Shown: piece by piece, positions 29,249 to 38,605 of the stretch
Numbering within the stretch: the first letter of the stretch is position 1
How the letters are laid out: the number at the start of each line of letters is the position of its first letter
Source of the DNA: a virus
Taxonomy: Duplodnaviria; Caudoviricetes
Virus record (IMG/VR): IMGVR_UViG_3300018012_000099
Strand: one strand, 5' to 3'
Length of the DNA stretch: 64,000 nucleotides
Notes under the pieces: generated by a model
The model's database searches: none
What the model saw: only the letters and a program-made list of their open reading frames with translations
Told to the model about the DNA's origin: nothing
Program-made: the position numbers and the translations under genes

Positions 29249-29876
29249 GAAAAAGGCTTACGCTGTACAAATGAGCTATGAAGTGTCTGACGATGAAAAA
29301 CGTCAGGCAGAACATGCTCTTTTGTGTTTTGAGGCATCTCTTAAAGTGCTTCAACAAGCCTCCGATCATCTCAATATTTTAAAGACTCCATTTAAAGATA
29401 ACCCGGAAATGAGTCCTGATGAGGTTATGAAGGCCCGCGCCGCCCTCCGTCGTTTTAGAGACAAATCTATCGATAATTTTAATCATTTTAAAGAAGTATC
29501 TTTTCGATGTGTTAACACCATGCAGGTTTTTGCTTCGGATACGCAATCAGTAAAATTGATGAAGTCTATGATTACTGCCATCGATGAGTTAGAGGTAGAC
29601 GTTAATAATTTTTCTGAAGTATTTGATGATTTGCAATCTAAAGATTTTTCTAAAAATGTAGTATCTGCTATCGAAAATGTCCAAAAACAGTGTGATGATA
29701 TTGAAGAGATCATTGATGAAAGAATTAAACCACATATTCAGAATAATATTCTTGCCACAAGCTGGGTGGATTCAGTTAGTCAAGATTTACAGATGAAAAT
29801 TGAAAAACAGACTCCTCTTATTATGGATTTGTATAATCAGAGGCAAGAACAGCTAAATGATGCTATTAAGGAGTGA
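29241..29876 (+). CDS. Hypothetical coiled-coil protein
   Basis: Likely start ATG 29241 (MIKKKAYA) overlapping the phosphatase stop; ORF-track start at 29151 lies inside that gene. Confidence 0.72.
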   Translation: MIKKKAYAVQMSYEVSDDEKRQAEHALLCFEASLKVLQQASDHLNILKTPFKDNPEMSPDEVMKARAALRRFRDKSIDNFNHFKEVSFRCVNTMQVFASDTQSVKLMKSMITAIDELEVDVNNFSEVFDDLQSKDFSKNVVSAIENVQKQCDDIEEIIDERIKPHIQNNILATSWVDSVSQDLQMKIEKQTPLIMDLYNQRQEQLNDAIKE

Positions 29877-29902
29877 AGCACAGTAGGTAACTAAAATACT
29901 GG

Positions 29903-29917
29903 TAATATCGCCACATA
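29903..29917 (+). promoter_or_regulatory. Candidate late promoter TAATATCGCCACATA
   Basis: ATW-N6-YAT motif followed by TAAT; second instance at 29953-29967. Confidence 0.5.
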
Positions 29918-29996
29918 TAATTGATTTCCATATGATTAACGGAAATTTGTAGCAATATTATATTATACCTGTGTGATCTCCCACTTGGAGAGTGTG

Positions 29997-30143
29997 ATGT
30001 TTATTAAGCACGGCGACGGAAAAATTACTGGCGTTCTTAACGAAGAAAAGCTGACAGAAGAACAAAAAAAATCTGTCGAGAAAGCCGTTAAAGAAACGCA
30101 ACCACCAACTGATACTTCTGAAGAGAAGAAATCAGGGAGCTAA
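29997..30143 (+). CDS. Small 48-aa ORF (MFIKHGDGKITGVLNEEKLTEEQKKSVEKAVKETQPPTDTSEEKKSGS), below the ORF-track cutoff
   Basis: RBS GGAGAG, ATG 29997, TAA 30141-30143, 3 nt before the protease start. Confidence 0.7.
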   Translation: MFIKHGDGKITGVLNEEKLTEEQKKSVEKAVKETQPPTDTSEEKKSGS

Positions 30144-30146
30144 TAC

Positions 30147-33100
30147 ATGCCATTTAACAAATACGGTGAAACTGTTGAGATTAGAATTGAAAACACGGAA
30201 TCGTGTATTCCAGCAGTGAGTCCTGAGATTTTGGAAAACTTCCAGAAGTTTGCTACCAATCTGAAAAAGATTGCGCCAAAGGCAGAAGACTTCTTGTACT
30301 TTTCTGCGGTTATGATGCACGCTGCTGAAGCAGCCGCCCTCAATGACGATGGCACCCCAAGAATGACCGCCAAGGGCGAAGCCGCCCAAGTGAGCTGGGA
30401 TAAAAGCAATAATACTTGGAAATGGGTATCTAATGACCCTAACATTAAGCCATATAAGAATTCTAATGGCGACATTTTCCCCGAAGAAGAATTAGTTAAA
30501 GCACATAAAAAGTGGGTTCACAAGCCTCTTTGCATCGATCATAAGTCCAGTTCGGTAGATCATGTAAGAGGTTTTATTGTTGATACATATTATGATCGCA
30601 ATCTCAAGCGAGTGATTGCGTTATGCGCTTTGGACAAGGCAGGCTATCCTCAATTAGCTAGAAACGTCTCTACGGGCATTTCTAACTGCGTCTCCATGGG
30701 TACGGCTGTGGGTCGTGCTATCTGCACCGATTGCTCCCGTGTGGCTCGTACCGAACAAGATTTTTGTTCTCATATGAAGAATAAGTCTTGCTACGGTGAA
30801 ATCAATATAGACTTGAATCCAATAGAATTATCAATAGTAATGAATGGAGCTGATCAAAGAGCTACCATTAAGCATGTTCTAGCTGCTGCCAATACCCTCA
30901 ATACTTATGTTGAGAATAAGCAAAAGGAATTAGCCAAATTAGCTGATCTGAGTTTTTCAGCTAGTTTGATCGTAAATGACCCACAAGGTATTGAAGGTGG
31001 TGGTTCATCTACCTTCCAGGTAAATGGAAATAATATAGATAAATTCAAGGCCGATCTTGATGAAGCCTTCCAAAGATTGACCGAAATAGCCAATGCTGCA
31101 AAAAAATCTGAAAAAGATACTAATCTTTCAGCATTTAATCAATCGTCGGGCTCCATCTCTATGGATGAAAGTGCCGAAACAGATTCTGGATTGGCTCTCC
31201 AAACTCCGCAAACCGTTAGGTTTGCATCTGCTGATGAGGCAGGTATCAGTGAGCTTCGTGAAGTTACAGCTGCTATCGAAGCCAAACTCAACCAAATGAA
31301 ACACAGCTTGGATAAGTTAGCACAAACTTCTATAAAAACACAAGAGGAAACAATGACTGGATCAAACGAACTGAATAAGAAGGGTTACTACCAGGGAGCC
31401 GGCGGCGTGAATGAGCCAACTCCAGGTCAAGCAAAATATCCTAAGGACCCCCTCAACGAACAACTTCGTGAGAATGAGGATAAACAAATGGTAGGTCAAC
31501 CACCTTTCCCAGGTGTGGGCCCAGTTGATGGAATGCACCCTTCTCCGGGTTCTGCGGATCCATCTGATGAACTACAACGTAAGAAGATGTTAGCCCGTGC
31601 CGAAGCTGAAGAGCGCGCATTGCGTCGTCAAGCTATCGTCAACTTGGCTAAGGAAGCCTTGCAGAATAAGGAAGCTTATTTCCAAGGTGGCGGTGGTGTT
31701 AACGAACCCACTCCAAACAAGCCAAAGTATCCTAAGGACAAGCTCAACGAAGAGTTGCGTGAGTACGAAGATAAGCAGATGGTTGGTCAACCACCTTTCC
31801 CGGGCGTCGGTCCAGTCGATGGCTTACATCCTTCTCCTTCTTCCGCTGATCCTAAGGACGAGTTGAAGCGTAAACAAATGCTCGCTCGTGCTAATGCTCT
31901 CACTGGTCGTTTTACCAAAGCTGCTAATGAAGACGGCACTCTCAACCAGGGCAACAGTGCTTGGGAAATCTTCCTCGGCGAGAAGCTCTTGTTAACTGCT
32001 TCGGTTAATGATTTATCCGCTGGTCGTCCAGAACTATTTTACGATCAAATTGCTACCAAGCCATTCGGTCTACAATTGATTGAAAAGATTAGGACTAAGG
32101 GCGCTGCTAGCGTAGCAAATCTAGTCAAAAAGGGTCAAGTTCCACCTCCTCCAGCAGGTGGTGATGTAGGTGCTCCACCAGCAGGTGATATGGGAGCTCC
32201 AGCAGGTGGTCCTCCAGAGGATACAGGTAAGTCTGGTGATCCAAAGCAAACTGCCATGGAACTAGCTGAAAAGGTTAGAGATTTATCTTCTGATCTTGTG
32301 GAAGCTGTTCGTGCTCTAACTGGTGAACAAGCTGAAATGGGTGCAGGTGATGAAGGTTCTAGCGCCCCTCCAACCGCAGGTGGTGCTCCAGCTATGGCTG
32401 ATGACAGCAAAATGTCCTCTGCCTCTTTTAGCGCCACTACTTTAAATACTCTCAGACGAGAACTAAATAGCGCGTTAACTCACGCTATGAAGGAAGCCGT
32501 TGCAGAACTCAACGATCACAAACAAGAACTTGATATGATCGTCGGTTTGTTCGACAAGGGTGCCGTAGTTGATTCTAACAAGGACACCGTGAGCGCTCTC
32601 GCCGACGATGCTTTTAATGAGACTAAGGCTGCTGTTGCTGATGGCTTTAAGCTAATGAATGCTTTCGTCAAGTACGCTCGTGGTACTGAAGCTATTGTCA
32701 AGCGCGCTGAGATTGAGTCAGAATTACAAGCACTAGGTGCTGATGAAGGAGATGATATGAACGATGCCAAGAAGTCGAAGGACTCCTCTAAGGACAGTCA
32801 CTCCGCTGACGCCGGTGACTTGATGGGTCTAATTAACGACACTAATGCAGATTTAGATGCTGTTCACAGCCTAATGAGCGATGACAACGATCATGTTGGT
32901 GAAGAGCCACATGACGAAGCCATGGAACATCTAGAGGGCTTAGCCGCACTAGATGACGAAAATGGTGCCGTTGAAGTCAAGACTCCAGAACAAGCCGCCC
33001 AAGTAACTAAGGCTAACCCAGCAGCTAGTGTAGTGGTTCAAGCTTCTTTGGATACCCGAGAAGGTCGTTCCGCACTACGCGCCAAGTTAGCTGCCGATGC

Positions 33101-33815
33101 TCTTGGTAAGGAAGATGATGGAGAAGTTCAAGATGCTTCCAAGATTCAGTTCAGCGATATGCTAGATCAAGCTGACGGTCTTGCTGATGGTCAGACCCAC
33201 TTAGATGTCAAGCCGTCCGATAGCCTCGGATTGGTGGAAACTCTACCAGAAGAAAACAAGGCTATGTTGGAAGTCGCTAAGGCTCCACCAAAGGTTCGTA
33301 AGGAAGCCGAAGCTATTCAAAAGCTTGTTTCCGAAGGTTCCTTGGATCCAGCCGATCTAGATGCTTTAGTAGCAGAAGGTTTGGACAAGGATGCAGTGGC
33401 ATACTGGAAGAAGTATTACAGCCAAACTGATGGCGGTTCTGAATTCGCCAGTGAATTGGTTAAGGAGCATGTGAAGGCTCAACTCGAAGAAGAGTTCAAC
33501 AAGTTCCGTGTTAAGATTGCCAGAGCTTACGAGCTAGCCTATGATATGGCTGAACGTGGTATGTGCAACGGCGACAAGGGCTCTATCTCCCTACAAGTTG
33601 AGGAAATCATGAAGTTTGATGATCCAAGCTTCGAATCTCTTAAGAGAGTGGTTGCCAGAAACCCAGTAGTCGGTATGAAGAAGCAAGCTGGACGCCTTCC
33701 ACTAGTTGGCGTACGTGAGAACGACGAGCTATCCTCCACTGCCAGTGTTGAAGAACAAGGTACGGAATATGATAGACTATCCTCTATGTTCGGTAACAAA
33801 AAGGGCTCATTCTAA
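30147..33815 (+). CDS. Prohead maturation protease fused to a scaffold/core polyprotein
   Basis: N-terminal domain NSNGDIFP..EL...KPLCIDH...VRGFIVD...VSMG...ELSIV..GAD (HK97/assemblin-like His/Ser) with a Cys/His insert; long acidic/helical C-terminal region; lies between portal and capsid genes. Confidence 0.85.
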   Translation: MPFNKYGETVEIRIENTESCIPAVSPEILENFQKFATNLKKIAPKAEDFLYFSAVMMHAAEAAALNDDGTPRMTAKGEAAQVSWDKSNNTWKWVSNDPNIKPYKNSNGDIFPEEELVKAHKKWVHKPLCIDHKSSSVDHVRGFIVDTYYDRNLKRVIALCALDKAGYPQLARNVSTGISNCVSMGTAVGRAICTDCSRVARTEQDFCSHMKNKSCYGEINIDLNPIELSIVMNGADQRATIKHVLAAANTLNTYVENKQKELAKLADLSFSASLIVNDPQGIEGGGSSTFQVNGNNIDKFKADLDEAFQRLTEIANAAKKSEKDTNLSAFNQSSGSISMDESAETDSGLALQTPQTVRFASADEAGISELREVTAAIEAKLNQMKHSLDKLAQTSIKTQEETMTGSNELNKKGYYQGAGGVNEPTPGQAKYPKDPLNEQLRENEDKQMVGQPPFPGVGPVDGMHPSPGSADPSDELQRKKMLARAEAEERALRRQAIVNLAKEALQNKEAYFQGGGGVNEPTPNKPKYPKDKLNEELREYEDKQMVGQPPFPGVGPVDGLHPSPSSADPKDELKRKQMLARANALTGRFTKAANEDGTLNQGNSAWEIFLGEKLLLTASVNDLSAGRPELFYDQIATKPFGLQLIEKIRTKGAASVANLVKKGQVPPPPAGGDVGAPPAGDMGAPAGGPPEDTGKSGDPKQTAMELAEKVRDLSSDLVEAVRALTGEQAEMGAGDEGSSAPPTAGGAPAMADDSKMSSASFSATTLNTLRRELNSALTHAMKEAVAELNDHKQELDMIVGLFDKGAVVDSNKDTVSALADDAFNETKAAVADGFKLMNAFVKYARGTEAIVKRAEIESELQALGADEGDDMNDAKKSKDSSKDSHSADAGDLMGLINDTNADLDAVHSLMSDDNDHVGEEPHDEAMEHLEGLAALDDENGAVEVKTPEQAAQVTKANPAASVVVQASLDTREGRSALRAKLAADALGKEDDGEVQDASKIQFSDMLDQADGLADGQTHLDVKPSDSLGLVETLPEENKAMLEVAKAPPKVRKEAEAIQKLVSEGSLDPADLDALVAEGLDKDAVAYWKKYYSQTDGGSEFASELVKEHVKAQLEEEFNKFRVKIARAYELAYDMAERGMCNGDKGSISLQVEEIMKFDDPSFESLKRVVARNPVVGMKKQAGRLPLVGVRENDELSSTASVEEQGTEYDRLSSMFGNKKGSF
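31377..31892 (+). repeat. 75-codon in-frame direct repeat (31377-31601 and 31668-31892)
   Basis: KKGYYQGAGGVNEPTP...DKQMVGQPPFPGVGPVDGMHPSP...MLARA versus KEAYFQGGGGVNEPTP...DKQMVGQPPFPGVGPVDGLHPSP...MLARA. Confidence 0.95.
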
Positions 33816-33844
33816 AACTAGCTAACTAGGAAATAGGACTTACA

Positions 33845-34576
33845 ATGAAAAACAACAGTGTATCAGATTTCGTAGCTGCATCCATGGATGCAGCTCTGAA
33901 GAGCCAAGAATACAAGACCCTCTTTGGTACTCAGTATAAGTATGCTGACGACCAAAATGATGCCAAGAAAGAAACCATGTGTGCCAAACACGGTGAAATG
34001 GATTCTTGCATGGCTGATGACAATGACGCCAAGAAGAAGGACTCCTCTAAAGATTCTTCCAGTGCCTCGGATCAAAATGATGCTCGTAAGAGCAAGGATT
34101 CCTCATCTTCCTCCTCTTCTTCTAGCAAGGATTCTTCCTCTGCTGATGATCAGGCAGCTAAAGCTAAGAAGGATTCTAAGGATTCCAGTAGCGCAGATGA
34201 TCAAGATGCCAAGAAAAAGGATTCTAAGGACTCTAGCTCTGCTGATGATTCCGAGGAAAAGGTTTCCAGCGCTTTCGATGTGGCTATTGACAGCTTGCTA
34301 ACTGCTTCTGCTGCTTTAGATTCTGTTGGTCTCGGACGTGGTTCCGCCCTCAGCTTGAAGCTAGCTTCCTTGGTTGTTGAAGCCAAGAAGAAGGACAAGG
34401 ACTCTAAGAAGTCTTCTAAGGACTCCAAGAAGAGTGATTCTAACTCCGCTAAGGACAAGAAGCACAGCAAGGATTCCAAGGATTCTAAGAAGAGCGATTC
34501 CCATTCCGCTAAGGATAAGAAGAGCGATTCTAAGAAGTCTGACTCTAAGGACTCTAAGAAGTCTTCTAAGAAGTAA
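33845..34576 (+). CDS. Low-complexity Lys/Asp/Ser-rich protein
   Basis: Repeated ADDQ/N-DAKKKDS-KDSSS units and SKKSDSKD tail; YKYADD junction; helical-hairpin module. Confidence 0.8.
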   Translation: MKNNSVSDFVAASMDAALKSQEYKTLFGTQYKYADDQNDAKKETMCAKHGEMDSCMADDNDAKKKDSSKDSSSASDQNDARKSKDSSSSSSSSSKDSSSADDQAAKAKKDSKDSSSADDQDAKKKDSKDSSSADDSEEKVSSAFDVAIDSLLTASAALDSVGLGRGSALSLKLASLVVEAKKKDKDSKKSSKDSKKSDSNSAKDKKHSKDSKDSKKSDSHSAKDKKSDSKKSDSKDSKKSSKK

Positions 34577-34584
34577 GGGATCCC

Positions 34585-34800
34585 ATGTTCAAGAACAGCT
34601 TTGAGAACGAAATATTTCGTTCGATGGAGAAAACTCTAGTCAAAAATCAGACTGAGAACAACACGCACGGACTGAATAAGTTAGCTAAAGCTGTAGATTA
34701 TTTGAACGACGCTGCTGTTATCTTTGAGCGTGCAGGTATGACCCAAGAAGCCGATCTCATCACTGAGGTACTAGCTGGTTTAGCCAAGGATCTCAAATGA
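34585..34800 (+). CDS. Small hypothetical protein (N-terminal motif plus helical-hairpin module)
   Basis: 71 aa; MFKNSFENEIFRSM and LNDAAVIFERAGMTQEADLI. Confidence 0.72.
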   Translation: MFKNSFENEIFRSMEKTLVKNQTENNTHGLNKLAKAVDYLNDAAVIFERAGMTQEADLITEVLAGLAKDLK

Positions 34801-35639
34801 TTAAAAAGAGTGTCTTTGAAAATGAATTGATTGCAGGAATGCAGCAGGAACTGCGCAAACAAGCCTCAGGTGAAACGCCCGATCTTGTGAAGGCGGGAGA
34901 ATGTTTGCATGCTGCCTTGGAGATTTTAGAAGACGCAGGCTTATCACGCCATGCCGATAAGGTATTGGGCATTCTGCACAAGATTGCTGCTGATTCAACT
35001 AAGCGCATTCACAAAGTACCTACCCTTCAAGAATTAATGAGACATGGTTTAACCACCGAAGATATTCAATCTTTCGGGCGTGGTGACACTGGTGCCAAGA
35101 TGAAGATGAACTTGGTGCTTCGTAAAATGGACTTAGGAGAGCACGAAATTGCTCAGTTTATTGGTAAGCACAATGTGGTACCAGAACACGAACTAAAAAC
35201 CTATCAAAAATTCATGGGATGGATGCAAGATCCATTTAAAGTTGACGAAGGACCAGTTCAGCCGGGACAAACTGTGGAACTACAAAGTTTACCACAGTTA
35301 CCAGAAAATGAGAGTAATAAGCCAGTGGGTGAAGAAATTACTTTCAAGAGTTTGGCGAGTAAACCAGGACGTCCTGACAGGATTTCTGATGTTCATACTA
35401 AGAAATTAACGCCCGCTAAAATGGTGGAAAATCTTAAGCATCACGGCACTGAATTTAATATGCCAGATTTAGGTTGGGCTGACTTTGATCCAGAATTAGC
35501 TGATGCTCTGGATGCTCACAGTGCTGATGAAATGAATATTGAAGATATTTTTGATGCCGATATTGCTGATGACACTTTGGAAGTTTCCGACCTAGTTCCA
35601 CTAGAAGACTTCGAAGATGAAGTATCTTCTCCGAAGTAA
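34797..35639 (+). CDS. Hypothetical head-cluster protein
   Basis: 280 aa; N-terminus paralogous to the 34585 protein; LRKQAS, LHKIAAD; acidic C-terminus. Confidence 0.78.
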   Translation: MIKKSVFENELIAGMQQELRKQASGETPDLVKAGECLHAALEILEDAGLSRHADKVLGILHKIAADSTKRIHKVPTLQELMRHGLTTEDIQSFGRGDTGAKMKMNLVLRKMDLGEHEIAQFIGKHNVVPEHELKTYQKFMGWMQDPFKVDEGPVQPGQTVELQSLPQLPENESNKPVGEEITFKSLASKPGRPDRISDVHTKKLTPAKMVENLKHHGTEFNMPDLGWADFDPELADALDAHSADEMNIEDIFDADIADDTLEVSDLVPLEDFEDEVSSPK

Positions 35640-35655
35640 TTCAAAGTGTGGATGA

Positions 35656-36495
35656 TTAAGTTAGTTCACAAAATTCTTTGTATTTATCGTATTTGCGTGG
35701 CAAATAAATAGTCGTGTCTTGATACAACCAGTCCAATACTTTTTTGACTTGCAGATTACCACCGACAGAAAGAACGGTAGTGATTTGATTAGTTTTGGGT
35801 TTGGACAGCGATATAGAACAGTGAATGTCTAATTTGTTTTCTAGTAAATCTTTGACTACCAAGCAGAATTGTCCTGTGGAAGTAATTTGCCAGCCCCAGT
35901 CTACCTGTCCTGTTTTCGTGGGTTTTCGAGCATATAAGCTCCCATCACCATCGAAGTAGCCCCTGATAAAATGTTGCTGCAATTTTGGGTCAACCAGCCA
36001 CTCTGGCCATGTTAGGATCAAACTCTTGACTGGAATACATCCCAATTTGGTGAGTTGTTGTGTTAGTAATTTACTGTTAATTCGTAGACGATAATATATT
36101 TCTGATACACTTGAATCGCTTACTATTTCAACAGAAGATAGTGGAGAAATCAAATCTCGAAATCTTTCCAATATCACTTTATCTTTCTCTTGTAACTTGA
36201 TGCTTATCTCGTAACTGTGGGCTTTCTTCACATAATTATTACCATCAGCATACATAAATCCCAATGTGTATGCTTTTTCTTCCGTGTCAATTATGTCAAA
36301 GAAATTTTCGTTGGGTATATATTTTCTTGTATATGACTGTGTAATTCTTCTTTGTATGCCGCATCTTTTCAAAGTGTTCATAATGAAAGTTTGAGAACAG
36401 CCGCATTTTTCAGCTACCTGATAAGTGTCCAGACCAGACGTATAAAGAGCAACTATAGTGGAGTCGAGTTCAGGAGATGATTTTATTTTCTGCAT
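35656..36495 (-). CDS. LAGLIDADG homing endonuclease (free-standing)
   Basis: EEKAYTLGFMYADG and HFIRGYFDGDGS double motif; antisense to the operon. Confidence 0.9.
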   Translation of the reverse strand: MQKIKSSPELDSTIVALYTSGLDTYQVAEKCGCSQTFIMNTLKRCGIQRRITQSYTRKYIPNENFFDIIDTEEKAYTLGFMYADGNNYVKKAHSYEISIKLQEKDKVILERFRDLISPLSSVEIVSDSSVSEIYYRLRINSKLLTQQLTKLGCIPVKSLILTWPEWLVDPKLQQHFIRGYFDGDGSLYARKPTKTGQVDWGWQITSTGQFCLVVKDLLENKLDIHCSISLSKPKTNQITTVLSVGGNLQVKKVLDWLYQDTTIYLPRKYDKYKEFCELT

Positions 36496-36602
36496 ATTTA
36501 AGTATATAACCAGCCCGGTTGAAGTTTTTGTGAGGAATGAATGAAAATAACTAGAATGCCGAACATTGCGGCTCCAAAAAACTCAATGATTTCAGGTAGT
36601 TA

Positions 36603-37292
36603 ATGTTGCGCTTGGTCCAAGTCGGAAATACTTTACCTGTCTCTTTTATTTGTGATCCAAGCGCGGAGTTTCAACCAGGTATGGTGGCCGAGCTTACTGT
36701 TATTGGTAACCAAGTGATGGCTACTGTCAGTAACGGCACTGCTCCGCTTGGTATTATTGACGATATCAAAACCAAAGCTTTTACCAATGTCAGCTGGAAC
36801 GAAGTAATTATCGTCCCGGCTATTGGTGTTCCGGGACCTAATAATACTATCGTGACGCCAGTAGATATTAAAGCGGAACTGAGAAGACCAAATATTGTTC
36901 CTACCAGTTTCAGTTCGACTGTTAATGTTCTATTAAATCCAATTAATGGAGTTATTACCTTCGTGGCTGGCACTCAGCTTAATTTCGATGCTGCTGGTAC
37001 AGGTACTCCTAACGCTATTCGTTCAGTAGTTAATTATACCTATCAAGTAGCCAATATTCCTGGCGATGATAGCACCCAGGGTTCTGGTCGTATGACCGTT
37101 TGGTTTGAAAGAATGTTTTTTCAAACCGATCAATATGAATCTAACCAACAATATCCTGTCCGTGCTAATTTATATTGTAGTGAAGTTGGGCAATTAACTA
37201 CTCGCCGTCCTAGCCCTATTCATCCAGCCATAGGGATGGTAACAGCTCCACCCACTCCAATGAACCCTATGATCGAGATTTTATTTTTTTAA
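36603..37292 (+). CDS. Capsid decoration/cement-like protein
   Basis: MLRLVQVG..PVSF..DP..EFQPG.VAEL; beta-rich; N-terminus loosely parallels the 43293 protein; function inferred. Confidence 0.55.
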   Translation: MLRLVQVGNTLPVSFICDPSAEFQPGMVAELTVIGNQVMATVSNGTAPLGIIDDIKTKAFTNVSWNEVIIVPAIGVPGPNNTIVTPVDIKAELRRPNIVPTSFSSTVNVLLNPINGVITFVAGTQLNFDAAGTGTPNAIRSVVNYTYQVANIPGDDSTQGSGRMTVWFERMFFQTDQYESNQQYPVRANLYCSEVGQLTTRRPSPIHPAIGMVTAPPTPMNPMIEILFF

Positions 37293-37360
37293 TTCGGAAT
37301 ACGAGTTGAAAGCATGGTTTGCGTCTACTGCATTATGGTAGATTAAATTCTTTATCTGAC

Positions 37361-37375
37361 TAATATCTCAGCATA
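37361..37375 (+). promoter_or_regulatory. Candidate late promoter TAATATCTCAGCATA
   Basis: ATW-N6-YAT motif 30 nt upstream of ATG 37406. Confidence 0.5.
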
Positions 37376-37405
37376 ATATAGACAAATCAACCGTTGGGGC
37401 TATTT

Positions 37406-38605
37406 ATGACTTTTAAACATGTGAAATTTGAGGATTCTCCTGTAATGCGCTCTTTAGAGAGGGTGGCGCAGCAAAAGGGATTGGTTAAGGCAGATTCCCT
37501 TCAAAAAACAGCTGTTGCTAAGAAGATTGTTTCCAACTTAGTACCTACTGAAAGTTTACTTGACAACGTTCTTAGGTTATGTGTTGGTTTGCGAGAACGC
37601 GGATTCGATAAACAAGCTGAAGATTTGGAAACTCACCTGTCCAACTACAAGAAAGCTCAAACGTTATATGAAACTTCTCCTGAAAAGGGAGAAGATGTAA
37701 TTGAGTTTGCGCATCCAGAAGGTAGTCATAAACTCGAGGGAGTAGATGCTAAGGATGATGGTGCCGTCTTTGAAGATATTCTAGATCAAATGGCTAAGTC
37801 CATTGAAATGGTCAACAAGAAACCAACTGGCAAATTATCTGAAGCTCAAAAAGCTATTCAAGCTGTAAAGGTAACTCTAGGTGCCGCCCCTTTAGACGTT
37901 AATTCTCTATACGCCCAGGCACAAGATGCGTTAGAGAAGTTTCGTAGTACTATGGGTAGTATTGCTACCATGATGGGCGAAAATGCCAGCACTAATTCTG
38001 AGTATTTGGATGGCATCAAAAATGTGTTAGATAAGAAACAAGTCTACCAAATGACCTCCGGTCATTTATATGGTCGCACTCCGGTAGCCTCTATTCTGCT
38101 TAATGTCTATGACAATTTTAAAAATACTATGGAACCTAGCTATCTTAATCCATTTGGTTGGGGCGGACCTTCCGCTTGGAGCCCCAAACAAGAACAGGCT
38201 TGGCAAGAAGTACAGAAGTATTTTCCCGTGTTGAAAAAGTATGCCGATCGATTTCACACTGTGGTTTCTCAAATTAATGATATCGAGAGCGGCGTCGCCA
38301 CCAAAGCCGATCAAGAAGCGGTCTCACAATTCGATCCTGAAGGTCCCGCCAATATCCTAATTAGTAAACTACAGGGTTTGAAAGAGACCATCAATACAGA
38401 TATTTCTAAAATTCAACAAAAGAAACTACCCAACGCTAATGATTTGGTTGGCTGGTTAAATAAAGCTAGAGATAATTTCGTAACCAAATATATGCAAGAA
38501 TTAACTGCTTCGGATAAGGGAGAGCAAGTAACCGCTGATTATGGCGCTAAATACAATAATCTTAAATCCAAGATTGATGCCTTTGAACAAAGGTGGTTAG
38601 CATGA
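37406..38605 (+). CDS. Hypothetical internal/ejection-like protein
   Basis: LQKTAV, helical hairpin then YKKAQ; LYE..P...IEFAHPE shared with the 41890 protein. Confidence 0.75.
   Translation: MTFKHVKFEDSPVMRSLERVAQQKGLVKADSLQKTAVAKKIVSNLVPTESLLDNVLRLCVGLRERGFDKQAEDLETHLSNYKKAQTLYETSPEKGEDVIEFAHPEGSHKLEGVDAKDDGAVFEDILDQMAKSIEMVNKKPTGKLSEAQKAIQAVKVTLGAAPLDVNSLYAQAQDALEKFRSTMGSIATMMGENASTNSEYLDGIKNVLDKKQVYQMTSGHLYGRTPVASILLNVYDNFKNTMEPSYLNPFGWGGPSAWSPKQEQAWQEVQKYFPVLKKYADRFHTVVSQINDIESGVATKADQEAVSQFDPEGPANILISKLQGLKETINTDISKIQQKKLPNANDLVGWLNKARDNFVTKYMQELTASDKGEQVTADYGAKYNNLKSKIDAFEQRWLA

Noticed and set aside
33950-34576. Short repeated DNA units (aaggattctaag, gatgccaagaag) suggesting a CRISPR or tandem array
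   Set aside because: Imperfect, in-frame and without unique spacers; they encode the K/D/S protein; no cas genes
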